Origin: an uncultured Armatimonadia bacterium
Lineage (GTDB): Bacteria; Armatimonadota; Zipacnadia; Zipacnadales; UBA11051
Direction: 5' to 3'
NCBI GenBank assembly: GCA_964390495.1
Contig: CAYMIN010000013.1
Coordinates: 28,081-92,080 of the forward strand
DNA: 64,000 nt
The notes under the pieces were generated by a model. That model was given only the letters and a program-made list of their open reading frames with translations. It did no database searches and was not told the DNA's origin. The position numbers and the translations under genes were made by a program. Shown here piece after piece: positions 56,335 through 64,000 of this stretch. Every line of letters begins with the position of its first letter. Position 1 is the stretch's first letter.

Positions 56335-59328
56335 TTATTGCTCCAAGTCTTGCCGGGCCTTCTCCAGCAGTTCCCGCTGCTGCTGCTGGGTCTCGCGGTA
56401 TTTGCCGAGGTCTCCGTGAGTGAGGTGGGCCTCGGCTTGCTGTTCCAGGTCAATGGCCTGCTTGAGCAGGCTGCGCAGAGCGTCGAGCTGGTCGGCGGAT
56501 AGTGGCGCGCCGGTTGGCGGCGTGGTGGGCGTAACCTCCGCCTCGACTGCCGGCTCGACGCCTGGCACAGGGCGCTTCCTCACACCGTCGCGACCGAGCA
56601 ACTGCGTCAGGGCCTCATCCAGTGTCGGAGCAAACACCAGCCTGTGGTTTGACTCATCGCCCTGCATAAGCACTAGCAGCTTCAGCTCAGGCAGCGGGCT
56701 GTCAGTTGACTCGAGATAGATTGGCTCCACGTAGAGCAGAGTGTCGGCCACCGGGATGACCAGCGTATTCCCGCGAATTACCCGCGAGCCGCTCTGGCCC
56801 CATAGGGTGAACAACTCGGAGAGTTTGGGGTCATTGTCCACAAGTGCCTCAAATTGCATCGGCCCGAAGACCAGTTTCTTTTTGGGGAAGCGATAGACAA
56901 TCAGTTGGCCGTAATTCTCGGCGTCACAACGTGCCGCCATCCATGCCACCATGTTCTTGCGCTCAAACTTGGCCAGAACAAGGGGCAGCATAAGCAGGAA
57001 TTCTTCCTTCTTCTCTCTCGGGAGCTTCATGACCTGGTAGTAGGCCTCGACCTCGCGATAGCTGTCGGCATATATTTCCGGCGGGACCGCCCACTCGTCT
57101 TCGGCCTGGTAAAAGGTCTGCGGGTCCTTCTGGTGATACTTGGCGTAGATGCCGGCCTGGATGCGGAATAGCAACTGCGGGTAGCGCAGATGGTCCTTGA
57201 CTGAAGACTCCATCTGGCTGAAGTCCCTAAACAGAGTGGGGAAGATCTTCTGATAGCACTGCACCATCGGGTCTTGCGGGTCCACGATGTAGTATTGCGG
57301 CCTGCCCTCATAAGCGTCAACAATAACCTTCACCGAGTTGCGCACGTAGTTACCGGACCATGTGATACGGGCCGAATACGGGTGCATGTTTGACGCGGTG
57401 TAGGCGTCGCAAATCCACTTCAGCTCGCCGGCGTCGTCGAGCATCAGATACGGATCGGGGTCATACATGAGGAACGGGGCCAGGGCTGTGAGCCGCTCCG
57501 GCAACTCGCGGTACATCATCAAGCGGCTTTCGGGTGTAATGGAGTCGGTGAACAGTATCTGATAGTGGCGGCTGATGCCGAAGCGGATGGCAAAGGCCAG
57601 CTTGCGCCAAAACCCCGTCAACTGCACGCCGCCGCTCCCGGAGTAATGGGTATAGACGTTCTCCTCCCCGACGCCGGCTTCGCCGCTGACTTGCGGATAG
57701 TCAAGCTCGTTAGCCTTGGTATTGCCCAGGACGAAGACCGGAGTGCTTCCTGGATCTGTGCCGTGCCACTGGGCCGCGGCCGGCCGACGCTGCGGGGCGC
57801 CCTGACCGGCGCTTGGCTGTCCTGGGGCTCCTTCAGCCTCTTCAGGCGGGCGCGCCGACGCTCGTTGCTGTGCCTCATCGCGGATGAATTCCGGCGGAGC
57901 GATTCGTTCGATAAGCCTGGGGTGCCAACTGGCCGTGTAATAGATGGCCGGTCGTTTGACATCAAGGCCGGCCGGCGAGACCGGCGGCAGGTCCTTGATC
58001 CAATAGACCGGCTGTCCCTTGTCGGTCACCTCAGCCACCGGCGACATCGCCAGACCGTAGCCGTGTGTGTAGAGGAGATGGCGGTTGACCCAGGTGGGGC
58101 TGAGGCGGTCGTAGGCCAACTGCCTGGCCGCCAACATCACCTGCCGGGTCTCGCCGTCAATCGCGTAACGGTCAACGTCCACATCGGCGAACTGGTAGTA
58201 CTGACGCAGCGCCTGCATCTGCTGATAGGAGGTCTCCAGCGGACGATGATCCCAGAGCCTGATATTGTAGATAGTCGGAACGTTGTCGTTGATGTCATCC
58301 CAGTTCATGTCGGAGGTAACGGTATGCGGCTTGTCAACCACCTCGGCGGTCTTATAGGCCAGATTCGTGGCCTCGATGTTGTATTCAATGAAGGGCCGCT
58401 CGCGCTCGAGCTCGTTGGGGCCGACAATTAGCTTCTGGATGGTCAGCGGGTACGCCCACCCGCCCAGGATTGACACCAGTAGCACGGCCGCCAGCGCCCC
58501 TCCCGGCACCGTTATCGAGCGGCCGCGGAAACTCAGCAGACAGGCAAGGCCGGCCAAAGCGCACATTATCATCAGTACCGTCATCAGCGGCAGTCGAGCG
58601 TGCACATCCGCGTAGGAGGCGCCGAAGAAGTCCTTGCCATGGGTCGAATAGACCAGACTGTACTGCATCAGCCGATAGGAGTATATCTTGACAAAAAATG
58701 CCAGAGCCAAGAGCGAAAGCACGTGAATGCGGGCCCGGGGTATCGCCTGCACCATGTTACCAACTATCCTGATGGCTTCCTGATACAGGTGGATGAGCAC
58801 GCTGACGATCAAGGCAATGACGATGGCATACAGGACCGAGCGCCACGCGTACAGTATGAACGAGAGCTTAAAGACATAAAAGCCGGCATTTTTCTCAAAC
58901 AGCGGGTCGTTGTGCGCTTCGGGAAACGGGACAGCGTTGAGGAATTGCAGCCATTCACGCCACTGCGCAGCGGCAACTGCGGCGGCCATCAACGCACCGA
59001 TCAGACAGAAGATGAGGATGGCGCGGTCGGCGTACTGCTCGATCTGCTCGCGCTCTTCGTCCGGCAACAGGCGTCTGCCGATGAGAGTTACGTCCTTGGG
59101 CAAGGGCCTGCGGGCCAGGCGAGCGTTGCCGTAGAGCCAGACGAAGAAAATCACGCCGAACAGCACGGCCAGCAGTATCCGTGACTTGAGGATGGTCATG
59201 AACACCGGGCCCTGCTCCAGAGACTGGAACCATAGGTAATCGGTGTAGAAGACAAACAGCTTCTGGATCACGACCAGGCCGATGATGACGGCAATACCGT
59301 ACCAAACCCTCTTGGATGGCTGTGTCAC
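56335..59328 (-). CDS. UPF0182 family polytopic membrane protein (~1000 aa)
   Basis: The N-terminus YGIAVIIGLVVIQKLFVFYTDYLWFQSLEQGPVF with about 7 TM helices, and a large extracytoplasmic C-terminal domain, are typical of UPF0182. Confidence 0.85.
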   Translation of the reverse strand: MTQPSKRVWYGIAVIIGLVVIQKLFVFYTDYLWFQSLEQGPVFMTILKSRILLAVLFGVIFFVWLYGNARLARRPLPKDVTLIGRRLLPDEEREQIEQYADRAILIFCLIGALMAAAVAAAQWREWLQFLNAVPFPEAHNDPLFEKNAGFYVFKLSFILYAWRSVLYAIVIALIVSVLIHLYQEAIRIVGNMVQAIPRARIHVLSLLALAFFVKIYSYRLMQYSLVYSTHGKDFFGASYADVHARLPLMTVLMIMCALAGLACLLSFRGRSITVPGGALAAVLLVSILGGWAYPLTIQKLIVGPNELERERPFIEYNIEATNLAYKTAEVVDKPHTVTSDMNWDDINDNVPTIYNIRLWDHRPLETSYQQMQALRQYYQFADVDVDRYAIDGETRQVMLAARQLAYDRLSPTWVNRHLLYTHGYGLAMSPVAEVTDKGQPVYWIKDLPPVSPAGLDVKRPAIYYTASWHPRLIERIAPPEFIRDEAQQRASARPPEEAEGAPGQPSAGQGAPQRRPAAAQWHGTDPGSTPVFVLGNTKANELDYPQVSGEAGVGEENVYTHYSGSGGVQLTGFWRKLAFAIRFGISRHYQILFTDSITPESRLMMYRELPERLTALAPFLMYDPDPYLMLDDAGELKWICDAYTASNMHPYSARITWSGNYVRNSVKVIVDAYEGRPQYYIVDPQDPMVQCYQKIFPTLFRDFSQMESSVKDHLRYPQLLFRIQAGIYAKYHQKDPQTFYQAEDEWAVPPEIYADSYREVEAYYQVMKLPREKKEEFLLMLPLVLAKFERKNMVAWMAARCDAENYGQLIVYRFPKKKLVFGPMQFEALVDNDPKLSELFTLWGQSGSRVIRGNTLVIPVADTLLYVEPIYLESTDSPLPELKLLVLMQGDESNHRLVFAPTLDEALTQLLGRDGVRKRPVPGVEPAVEAEVTPTTPPTGAPLSADQLDALRSLLKQAIDLEQQAEAHLTHGDLGKYRETQQQQRELLEKARQDLEQ

Positions 59329-59361
59329 TTGGGAGAGCCTCCTATGCTGTTGGGGACCGGC

Positions 59362-59841
59362 TTAGCTGGTTTCGTCGGGTGCGTCATCATCCGAAAAGAG
59401 TCCGGAAAGCAGGTCGCGGAATTGGTCTTTCTCTTCTTCCTCGGCTTCGGCGCTGAGTACTACGGCCCCATCGAGAACCTCCTCGGCGACAAAGATGGGG
59501 GCGTCGGCGTAGAGCGCCAGGGCAATGGCATCGCTGGGCCGGGCGTCCACCTCATAGCTGCCATCGCTCGCCTGCAGCCGCAGGAGCGCGTAAAAGACCT
59601 GGTCCTTGAGGTCAATTATCTCGATGCGGGTCAGCGTACATCCGGTGGTTCGGATCACCGACCCGAGCAGCTCATGGGTCATCGGCCGTTCGCCGGGCGC
59701 CTGAGTGGCCATGGCAATCGCGCGGGCCTCGAAAGGGCCGATGAGTATCGGCAGGAAGCGTTGCTGCTCGGCATCGGCAAGTACCACAAAGGCTCGTTTC
59801 TCTAGGTCCAATCCCACTCTGTTGACAAACATCTGTACCAT
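59362..59841 (-). CDS. bifunctional nuclease (BFN/DUF151) family protein
   Basis: FVVLADAEQQRFLPILIGPFEARAI...HELLGSVI...IIDLKDQVFYALLRL...VDARPSDAIALAL is the BFN-domain pattern. Confidence 0.7.
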   Translation of the reverse strand: MVQMFVNRVGLDLEKRAFVVLADAEQQRFLPILIGPFEARAIAMATQAPGERPMTHELLGSVIRTTGCTLTRIEIIDLKDQVFYALLRLQASDGSYEVDARPSDAIALALYADAPIFVAEEVLDGAVVLSAEAEEEEKDQFRDLLSGLFSDDDAPDETS

Positions 59842-60097
59842 ACGAGTTGTACTCCCACGGTCGGTGATGCTAGGTTGGGTTGTCCATTGCTAACAGCGCG
59901 AGATGATGGGGCCGAATGCCGCCAGCACCCTCGGGCTGCAAGCCCGAGACACACGCCGGTGGGCTTTGCGTGGAGGCTGTCAACTGCGCAGGCGAAACAT
60001 CAGGTCACGTGGCCGGGTTAGGCCGCGCATGCCGCCAACCTATCGCGGCTGAGCACGCCTGAGCTGCTAGCCGGTGACTGGGTGCCGTCGGCTCGGA

Positions 60098-60886
60098 CTA
60101 GGACTTGCGGATCGCGTCATAGTCAAGGCCGGCAGCGGCGACAGCGGCAGCCCAACTGCCGAAATTGCTCTCACGACTGGCCGCCTCCATCATCCCGCGG
60201 TAGCCCATGCGGCGCATGTTGCTATTATTGACCGACTTGCCCTGAGCGTGCAGGTTGCGGATGGTCGCGACGATTTTGTCCTGCGTCCAACGGTTGATTT
60301 TCCGGATTTTGGCGTAGTCAAGGCCGGCGGCTTCGATAGCGGCGCGCCAACTGCCGAAGTAGCGCTTGCTGCTGGCGGCCGAGACCAAAGCGCCGTGACT
60401 GTTTTTGGCCGCCTCGTGGCTCAGGTCCTCACCTTGGGCGTGGAGCTCCTGAATTTCCTCGATGATGCGCTGTTTGCTCCAGAAGCGGTGCTTGCTGATT
60501 CTCTCGTAATCGAGGCCGGCGGCGGCAATGGCATTGCGCCAACTGCCGAACATGCGGTCGTCAACGGCCACGACTACCAGATACTGGTGATTACGCTTGG
60601 CGGCGCTGTGAGAAAGGTCTTCGCCCTGGCGGTGGAGCCGCTGGATCTCCTGAATGATGCGTTCTTCCGTCCACTTGCGCTTGCGCTTGCAGACTTCTTT
60701 GGGGTCGAGGCCGGCTGCCCTGATAGCATCGCGCCAACTGCCGAAGAACTCGTCCTTGTAGGCGGTCGTCACCATGCCGCTGTAGCCGAGCTCGGCCATC
60801 CTGCGGGTGCTGAGGGAGTGGCCTGCCGTGTGCAGGTCTTCGATTGTCTGGATGATCTTTTCTCTCGTCCACTTCCGACGACTCAT
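60098..60886 (-). CDS. protein composed of four tandem ~65-aa 'homing endonuclease-associated repeat' (HNH_repeat-like) units; no nuclease domain
   Basis: Four repeats of (K/R)W(T/S).E.II..I..LH..GEDLS......N...L..AA....FGSW..AI.AAGLDY. The DNA shows about 198-bp periodicity (60106, 60304, 60502, 60700). The likely start is the ATG at 60886 after AAGGAG; the longer 60943 start overlaps the RBS. Confidence 0.65.
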   Translation of the reverse strand: MSRRKWTREKIIQTIEDLHTAGHSLSTRRMAELGYSGMVTTAYKDEFFGSWRDAIRAAGLDPKEVCKRKRKWTEERIIQEIQRLHRQGEDLSHSAAKRNHQYLVVVAVDDRMFGSWRNAIAAAGLDYERISKHRFWSKQRIIEEIQELHAQGEDLSHEAAKNSHGALVSAASSKRYFGSWRAAIEAAGLDYAKIRKINRWTQDKIVATIRNLHAQGKSVNNSNMRRMGYRGMMEAASRESNFGSWAAAVAAAGLDYDAIRKS

Positions 60887-61181
60887 TTTCTCTCTCGCTC
60901 CTTGTGGGCCTGCTAATTGACCATTAGAGTTAGAATGGCTCAAAAAACGCCTGCTGTCAAAGTAGGCGCTGCTCAGGGGGCGGCTCTGGGTCTTTGGCTC
61001 AAATTAAAAGGCCTGCCGATAGGCTGCCGACAGGCAACGCATCCCAACTGCCGATTCCGTCGCACCGACCCCGGACGGCACCAATAATATGATAGCAGTA
61101 CTGCACGTCACTGTCAAATCAAAGTGCGTAGATTCTTTTTGGTTAGACGCGCCGGCCTCGACATAGTTCGACGGTTTGGCA

Positions 61182-61661
61182 CTAGTTGCTGCGGCGGCCG
61201 GCATAGCGCCTGACGGCCGCCTCCTGAGCTGCCGTCTGTACCGACCCCGGCCGCCGGGCTCGTACGTAGGCAATGGCTTGATCAGCGCCCATACCCCGGT
61301 GGACCAGGTAACAGGCTAGCAAGGTTCCGCTGCGCCCCAGCCCGGCCATGCAATGCACCGCCACCTTCTCACCTTTGGCAAGCGCCGCCTCGACCAGGGC
61401 TACGAACTCCGTGATGAGGTCCTCCCCAGGCGGGGTCATGTCATGATAGGTCAGGTGCTGATAGTTGATCCCGTGACGCAGGGCCGCGGCGTGTGGAGGC
61501 GGGGATTCGAGCAGGGCGATGAGAGTGGTTATGCCCAGCTCGGCCAGTCGCGCCATCTCGGCCTCGCTAGGCTGGGCCGTAGCCAGGAGCTGACCGGGAA
61601 TGATCCAGTTGGCGGACCTGAGGCCCTCAACTTTCTCGCTCATGGCTGGCTTTCTCCGCAC
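61182..61661 (-). CDS. dual-specificity / tyrosine protein phosphatase
   Basis: The CX5R P-loop VHCMAGLGRSG, with an upstream Asp-containing general-acid region. Overlaps rnhA by 35 nt. Confidence 0.75.
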   Translation of the reverse strand: MRRKPAMSEKVEGLRSANWIIPGQLLATAQPSEAEMARLAELGITTLIALLESPPPHAAALRHGINYQHLTYHDMTPPGEDLITEFVALVEAALAKGEKVAVHCMAGLGRSGTLLACYLVHRGMGADQAIAYVRARRPGSVQTAAQEAAVRRYAGRRSN

Positions 61662-62067
61662 GCTTGGCGGCCTCGCCGGCCAGGCGGTCGGCCTCGAGAT
61701 TCTCCTCGCGCGGTATATGCTGAATCTGGATGGTCTCGAACTGCCGCATCAAACGCCGGGCCCATTCGTAGAGCGGGCGGAGATTGGCGGACTTGACGCG
61801 ATACCGGCCGTTGAGTTGACGGGACACCAGCTCGCTGTCAGTTCGGACTAACAGGTGCTTGATGCCGATGGCCCTGGCCTCGTGCAGGCCGGCGATGAGG
61901 GCGCGGTACTCGGCCACATTGTTGGTCGCCTCGCCCAAGGGGATGCCCCGCTGTGTTAGTGCGCCTCCCTGCGGGTCGCAGAGGACAAAGCCGGCGCCGG
62001 CAGGCCCCGGGTTGCCCCGGGCTGCACCGTCAGTGTAAAGGACAGCCGGTCGTTGTGATGTCTCCAT
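61627..62067 (-). CDS. rnhA: ribonuclease HI
   Basis: YTDGAARGNPGPAGAG (Asp1), NNVAEYRALIAGL (Glu), LVRTDSELV (Asp) and REENLEADRLA (Asp) are the RNase H DEDD residues. Length 146 aa. Confidence 0.85.
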   Translation of the reverse strand: METSQRPAVLYTDGAARGNPGPAGAGFVLCDPQGGALTQRGIPLGEATNNVAEYRALIAGLHEARAIGIKHLLVRTDSELVSRQLNGRYRVKSANLRPLYEWARRLMRQFETIQIQHIPREENLEADRLAGEAAKRAEKASHERES

Positions 62068-62121
62068 AGCTCTGATTCACACCGGATGGTTCGACAGTCG
62101 TTTCAGAAATGGCGGCATTGA

Positions 62122-63039
62122 TCATTGCTCATGGCCGCGGTCTAGCTTCGGTGGCAGCGGCGGCGTATCCTCGGCCAGTAAGCTCGGCGGCGGCTGGACA
62201 GCAACTGCGGCCCCCTCCTTGTCCACCGCTTCAGCCAGCAGTTGAATGTCGAAGCCTTCTTTGCGGATGCGCAGATCATAATACAGCAGGATGGTCCCGA
62301 CGATCTGCACCGGCTGCAAGACCACCTGGATCAGACCACGGATGCCGCCGATAAGCGTGTAGAGCAGTATCATCTTGTCCTGGGGCACCGGTATCAAGGT
62401 CAGGAACTGAAACGGCGCGCCCAAAGCTCCGCCGATTATTGCCACCAGCAGGCCCAACACTAACAGCGTCAGCACCACTTTCCAGAAGTCGTAGCCGGCC
62501 AACTCCCAACTCCGCCGCATGGCACTGATGGCGTCGCGATTCCCCAGCACCACCTCGGGGATGGTGAAGGCGAACATGAAGCCCAAGACCAGCCCCGGAA
62601 TGAGGCAAGCCAGCGTCCCGACGCCGACGACCAACCCGGTCACCACGATGGCCAGGATGATGTGGCCGAGCTTGTCCAGCACCACGCGATAGGCCTGGGT
62701 GATGCCGATCGGCTGCTGCAGGTAGGTCTTTGAGATCGCCCAGATCAGCGCGCCCTGGGCCAGCGGGACGGCCACCAAATAGACCACGGCGGAGGCCAGT
62801 CCCAGCATCATTCCCCCGCCGGCCAGGGACAGTAAATCAACTTCCGAGGCCTGCCCGCCCATGAAAATCCGCAGGTACCAGTAGGTCGCGTAAAGCTGGA
62901 TCGCCAAAGCCGGTATCCAGGCGATGGCGACAATGCCGAGAAACGGCCCGAAATTGCGGCGGTACAGGCGTATGGAACTGTCGAGGATGTCGGCAAGTCC
63001 CATCGGTCGGATGTCGAACTGACCGGCGCTGGCAGTCAC
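62122..63039 (-). CDS. polytopic membrane protein, unknown function (~6 TM)
   Basis: 305-aa ORF with multiple hydrophobic helices (FLGIVAIAWIPALAIQLYATYWYL, GMMLGLASAVVYLVAVPLAQGALIWAI, ...) and a Pro-rich C-terminus. No catalytic motif recognised. Confidence 0.5.
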   Translation of the reverse strand: MTASAGQFDIRPMGLADILDSSIRLYRRNFGPFLGIVAIAWIPALAIQLYATYWYLRIFMGGQASEVDLLSLAGGGMMLGLASAVVYLVAVPLAQGALIWAISKTYLQQPIGITQAYRVVLDKLGHIILAIVVTGLVVGVGTLACLIPGLVLGFMFAFTIPEVVLGNRDAISAMRRSWELAGYDFWKVVLTLLVLGLLVAIIGGALGAPFQFLTLIPVPQDKMILLYTLIGGIRGLIQVVLQPVQIVGTILLYYDLRIRKEGFDIQLLAEAVDKEGAAVAVQPPPSLLAEDTPPLPPKLDRGHEQ

Positions 63040-63289
63040 GGCTCACCTCCACAAAGCGCGAGCTTTGCTCAAGTTGTGGCCGGTGTTGGCCGATATAGCT
63101 AGATGGATGGAAGGCGATTGTTAGAAAGGCGGCTGCCACATGCTCTACGTAATCTACGGCGTGCTGGCCGTATGGCTGATTCTGAGTGCCTGCGCTGTAG
63201 CGGCCTGCGCTGTGGCCGGGAAGGCCGACAGGCGGCAGGCTGAGCTAGCCTCGCTGCGGCCTTGGGCCCGGCGTAAGGCCTCGTAGCGC

Positions 63290-64000
63290 TCAGACGGCTT
63301 CGCGGCGGCTCAGTTTAGCGCGCCAAGCCCGGCTGCTCCAGGCCACCACCTGTACCAGGACCACTAGGAATATGACCGTTGCCACCGCCAGATAAGGCGC
63401 GTGGAGGTTGAGGCAACGCGTCGCCACCTCGCCGCTGATAAGCCCGCCGGCCAGCGAGCCCAAGCCCAGCGTCGCCTCGTGAAATCCGGTGCGCCTGCTG
63501 CAGTTGGCCAGAGGGCCGGTAATACTATAGAACAGACTGCTGACATAAGTCACTCCCGCCGCCGTCCCCGATATCGCAAAGCAGATGCAAAAGGCTGCCG
63601 CCGAATTGGCGTAAAGACCGGCCAAGAGCATCCCCAGCAGTGAAAGGATTTCCGCCATGATCAGGGGCCAGATCTTGAACTGCCAGCGCTGGGTGGTGCG
63701 GGCCAAGAAGAAGGCGGCCATCAGCGCGGCCCAATAGCAGAATATCACGATGCCGACCAGTTGGTGGCCCAGGGCCAACTCCGGGCTCAAGCCCAGCTTG
63801 GGGAACATCGTCTGGATAGTGGCGCCAGCAAACCAACTGGAGAAGTTGCCCGCCCAGGCCAGCTTCATGAAAAGCGGCCACCAGGTATGTTCGTCGGTGG
63901 TCGCCGCCTCGTCAACGCCACTTTGTTGCTGCTGGCGCAGACCGGGTCCGCCGCCCGGCGTCAGCAGCAGCACCACTATTGTCACGGCCGCGATACCCGC
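63290..64000 (-). CDS. MFS-type transporter, C-terminal portion (N-terminus beyond window end)
   Basis: The ORF runs to the window edge. It has multiple TM helices and MFS-like loops (WFAGATIQTMFPKLGLSPELALGHQLVGIVIFCYWAALMAAFF). Confidence 0.55.
   Translation of the reverse strand, partial: AGIAAVTIVVLLLTPGGGPGLRQQQQSGVDEAATTDEHTWWPLFMKLAWAGNFSSWFAGATIQTMFPKLGLSPELALGHQLVGIVIFCYWAALMAAFFLARTTQRWQFKIWPLIMAEILSLLGMLLAGLYANSAAAFCICFAISGTAAGVTYVSSLFYSITGPLANCSRRTGFHEATLGLGSLAGGLISGEVATRCLNLHAPYLAVATVIFLVVLVQVVAWSSRAWRAKLSRREAV

Overview
High-GC (~65%) bacterial chromosomal segment. Most of the window is ordinary housekeeping, and the exciting part is an ~18 kb plus-strand cluster at 7.8-26.0 kb.

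Housekeeping genes, in order: accA (5'-truncated), tRNA-Leu(CAA), sppA, polA, rpsA, coaE, uvrB, uvrC, a minus-strand ilvD-ilvB-ilvN-[pentapeptide]-[membrane]-ilvC operon, rel/spoT, an acyl-CoA ligase, an M16 peptidase pair, a UPF0182 membrane protein and rnhA.

The 7.8-26.0 kb cluster holds seven co-directional genes.
- Three large signal-peptide proteins with unrelated N-terminal regions: a TolB-propeller/CarboxypepD_reg giant of 1751 aa, an S8 subtilase, and a 951-aa protein of unknown function.
- All three end in the same ~430-aa tripartite C-terminal tail, which terminates in a FlgD-Ig/T9SS-type sorting-like domain.
- Interleaved with them are two paralogous membrane proteins (LpoB/CsgG-like periplasmic domain, then a TM helix, then FN3), a clan-CD clostripain-like (C11) cysteine peptidase, and a 660-aa outer-membrane beta-barrel protein.
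- I read this as a candidate, apparently undescribed cargo-sorting or surface-anchoring module. The C11 peptidase is a plausible CTD-processing enzyme by analogy to PorU.

The window also carries a dispersed REP/MITE-like repeat family.
- The core is the hairpin GTCGGGCTTCCAGCCCGAC, with accessory CCCTCTCCC/GGGAGAGGG-GGGGGTGAGGG and TGTCGTGTC modules.
- It fills most intergenic gaps.
- Two direct copies flank the ilv operon, with compensatory stem changes between them.
- One copy sits in-frame inside a metallophosphoesterase gene.

Other items: a four-fold tandem 'homing-endonuclease-associated repeat' protein with no nuclease domain, an S1 protein with a long acidic/basic low-complexity tail, and an SPFH-SHOCT cluster. 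No rRNA, CRISPR, transposase or integrase was seen.
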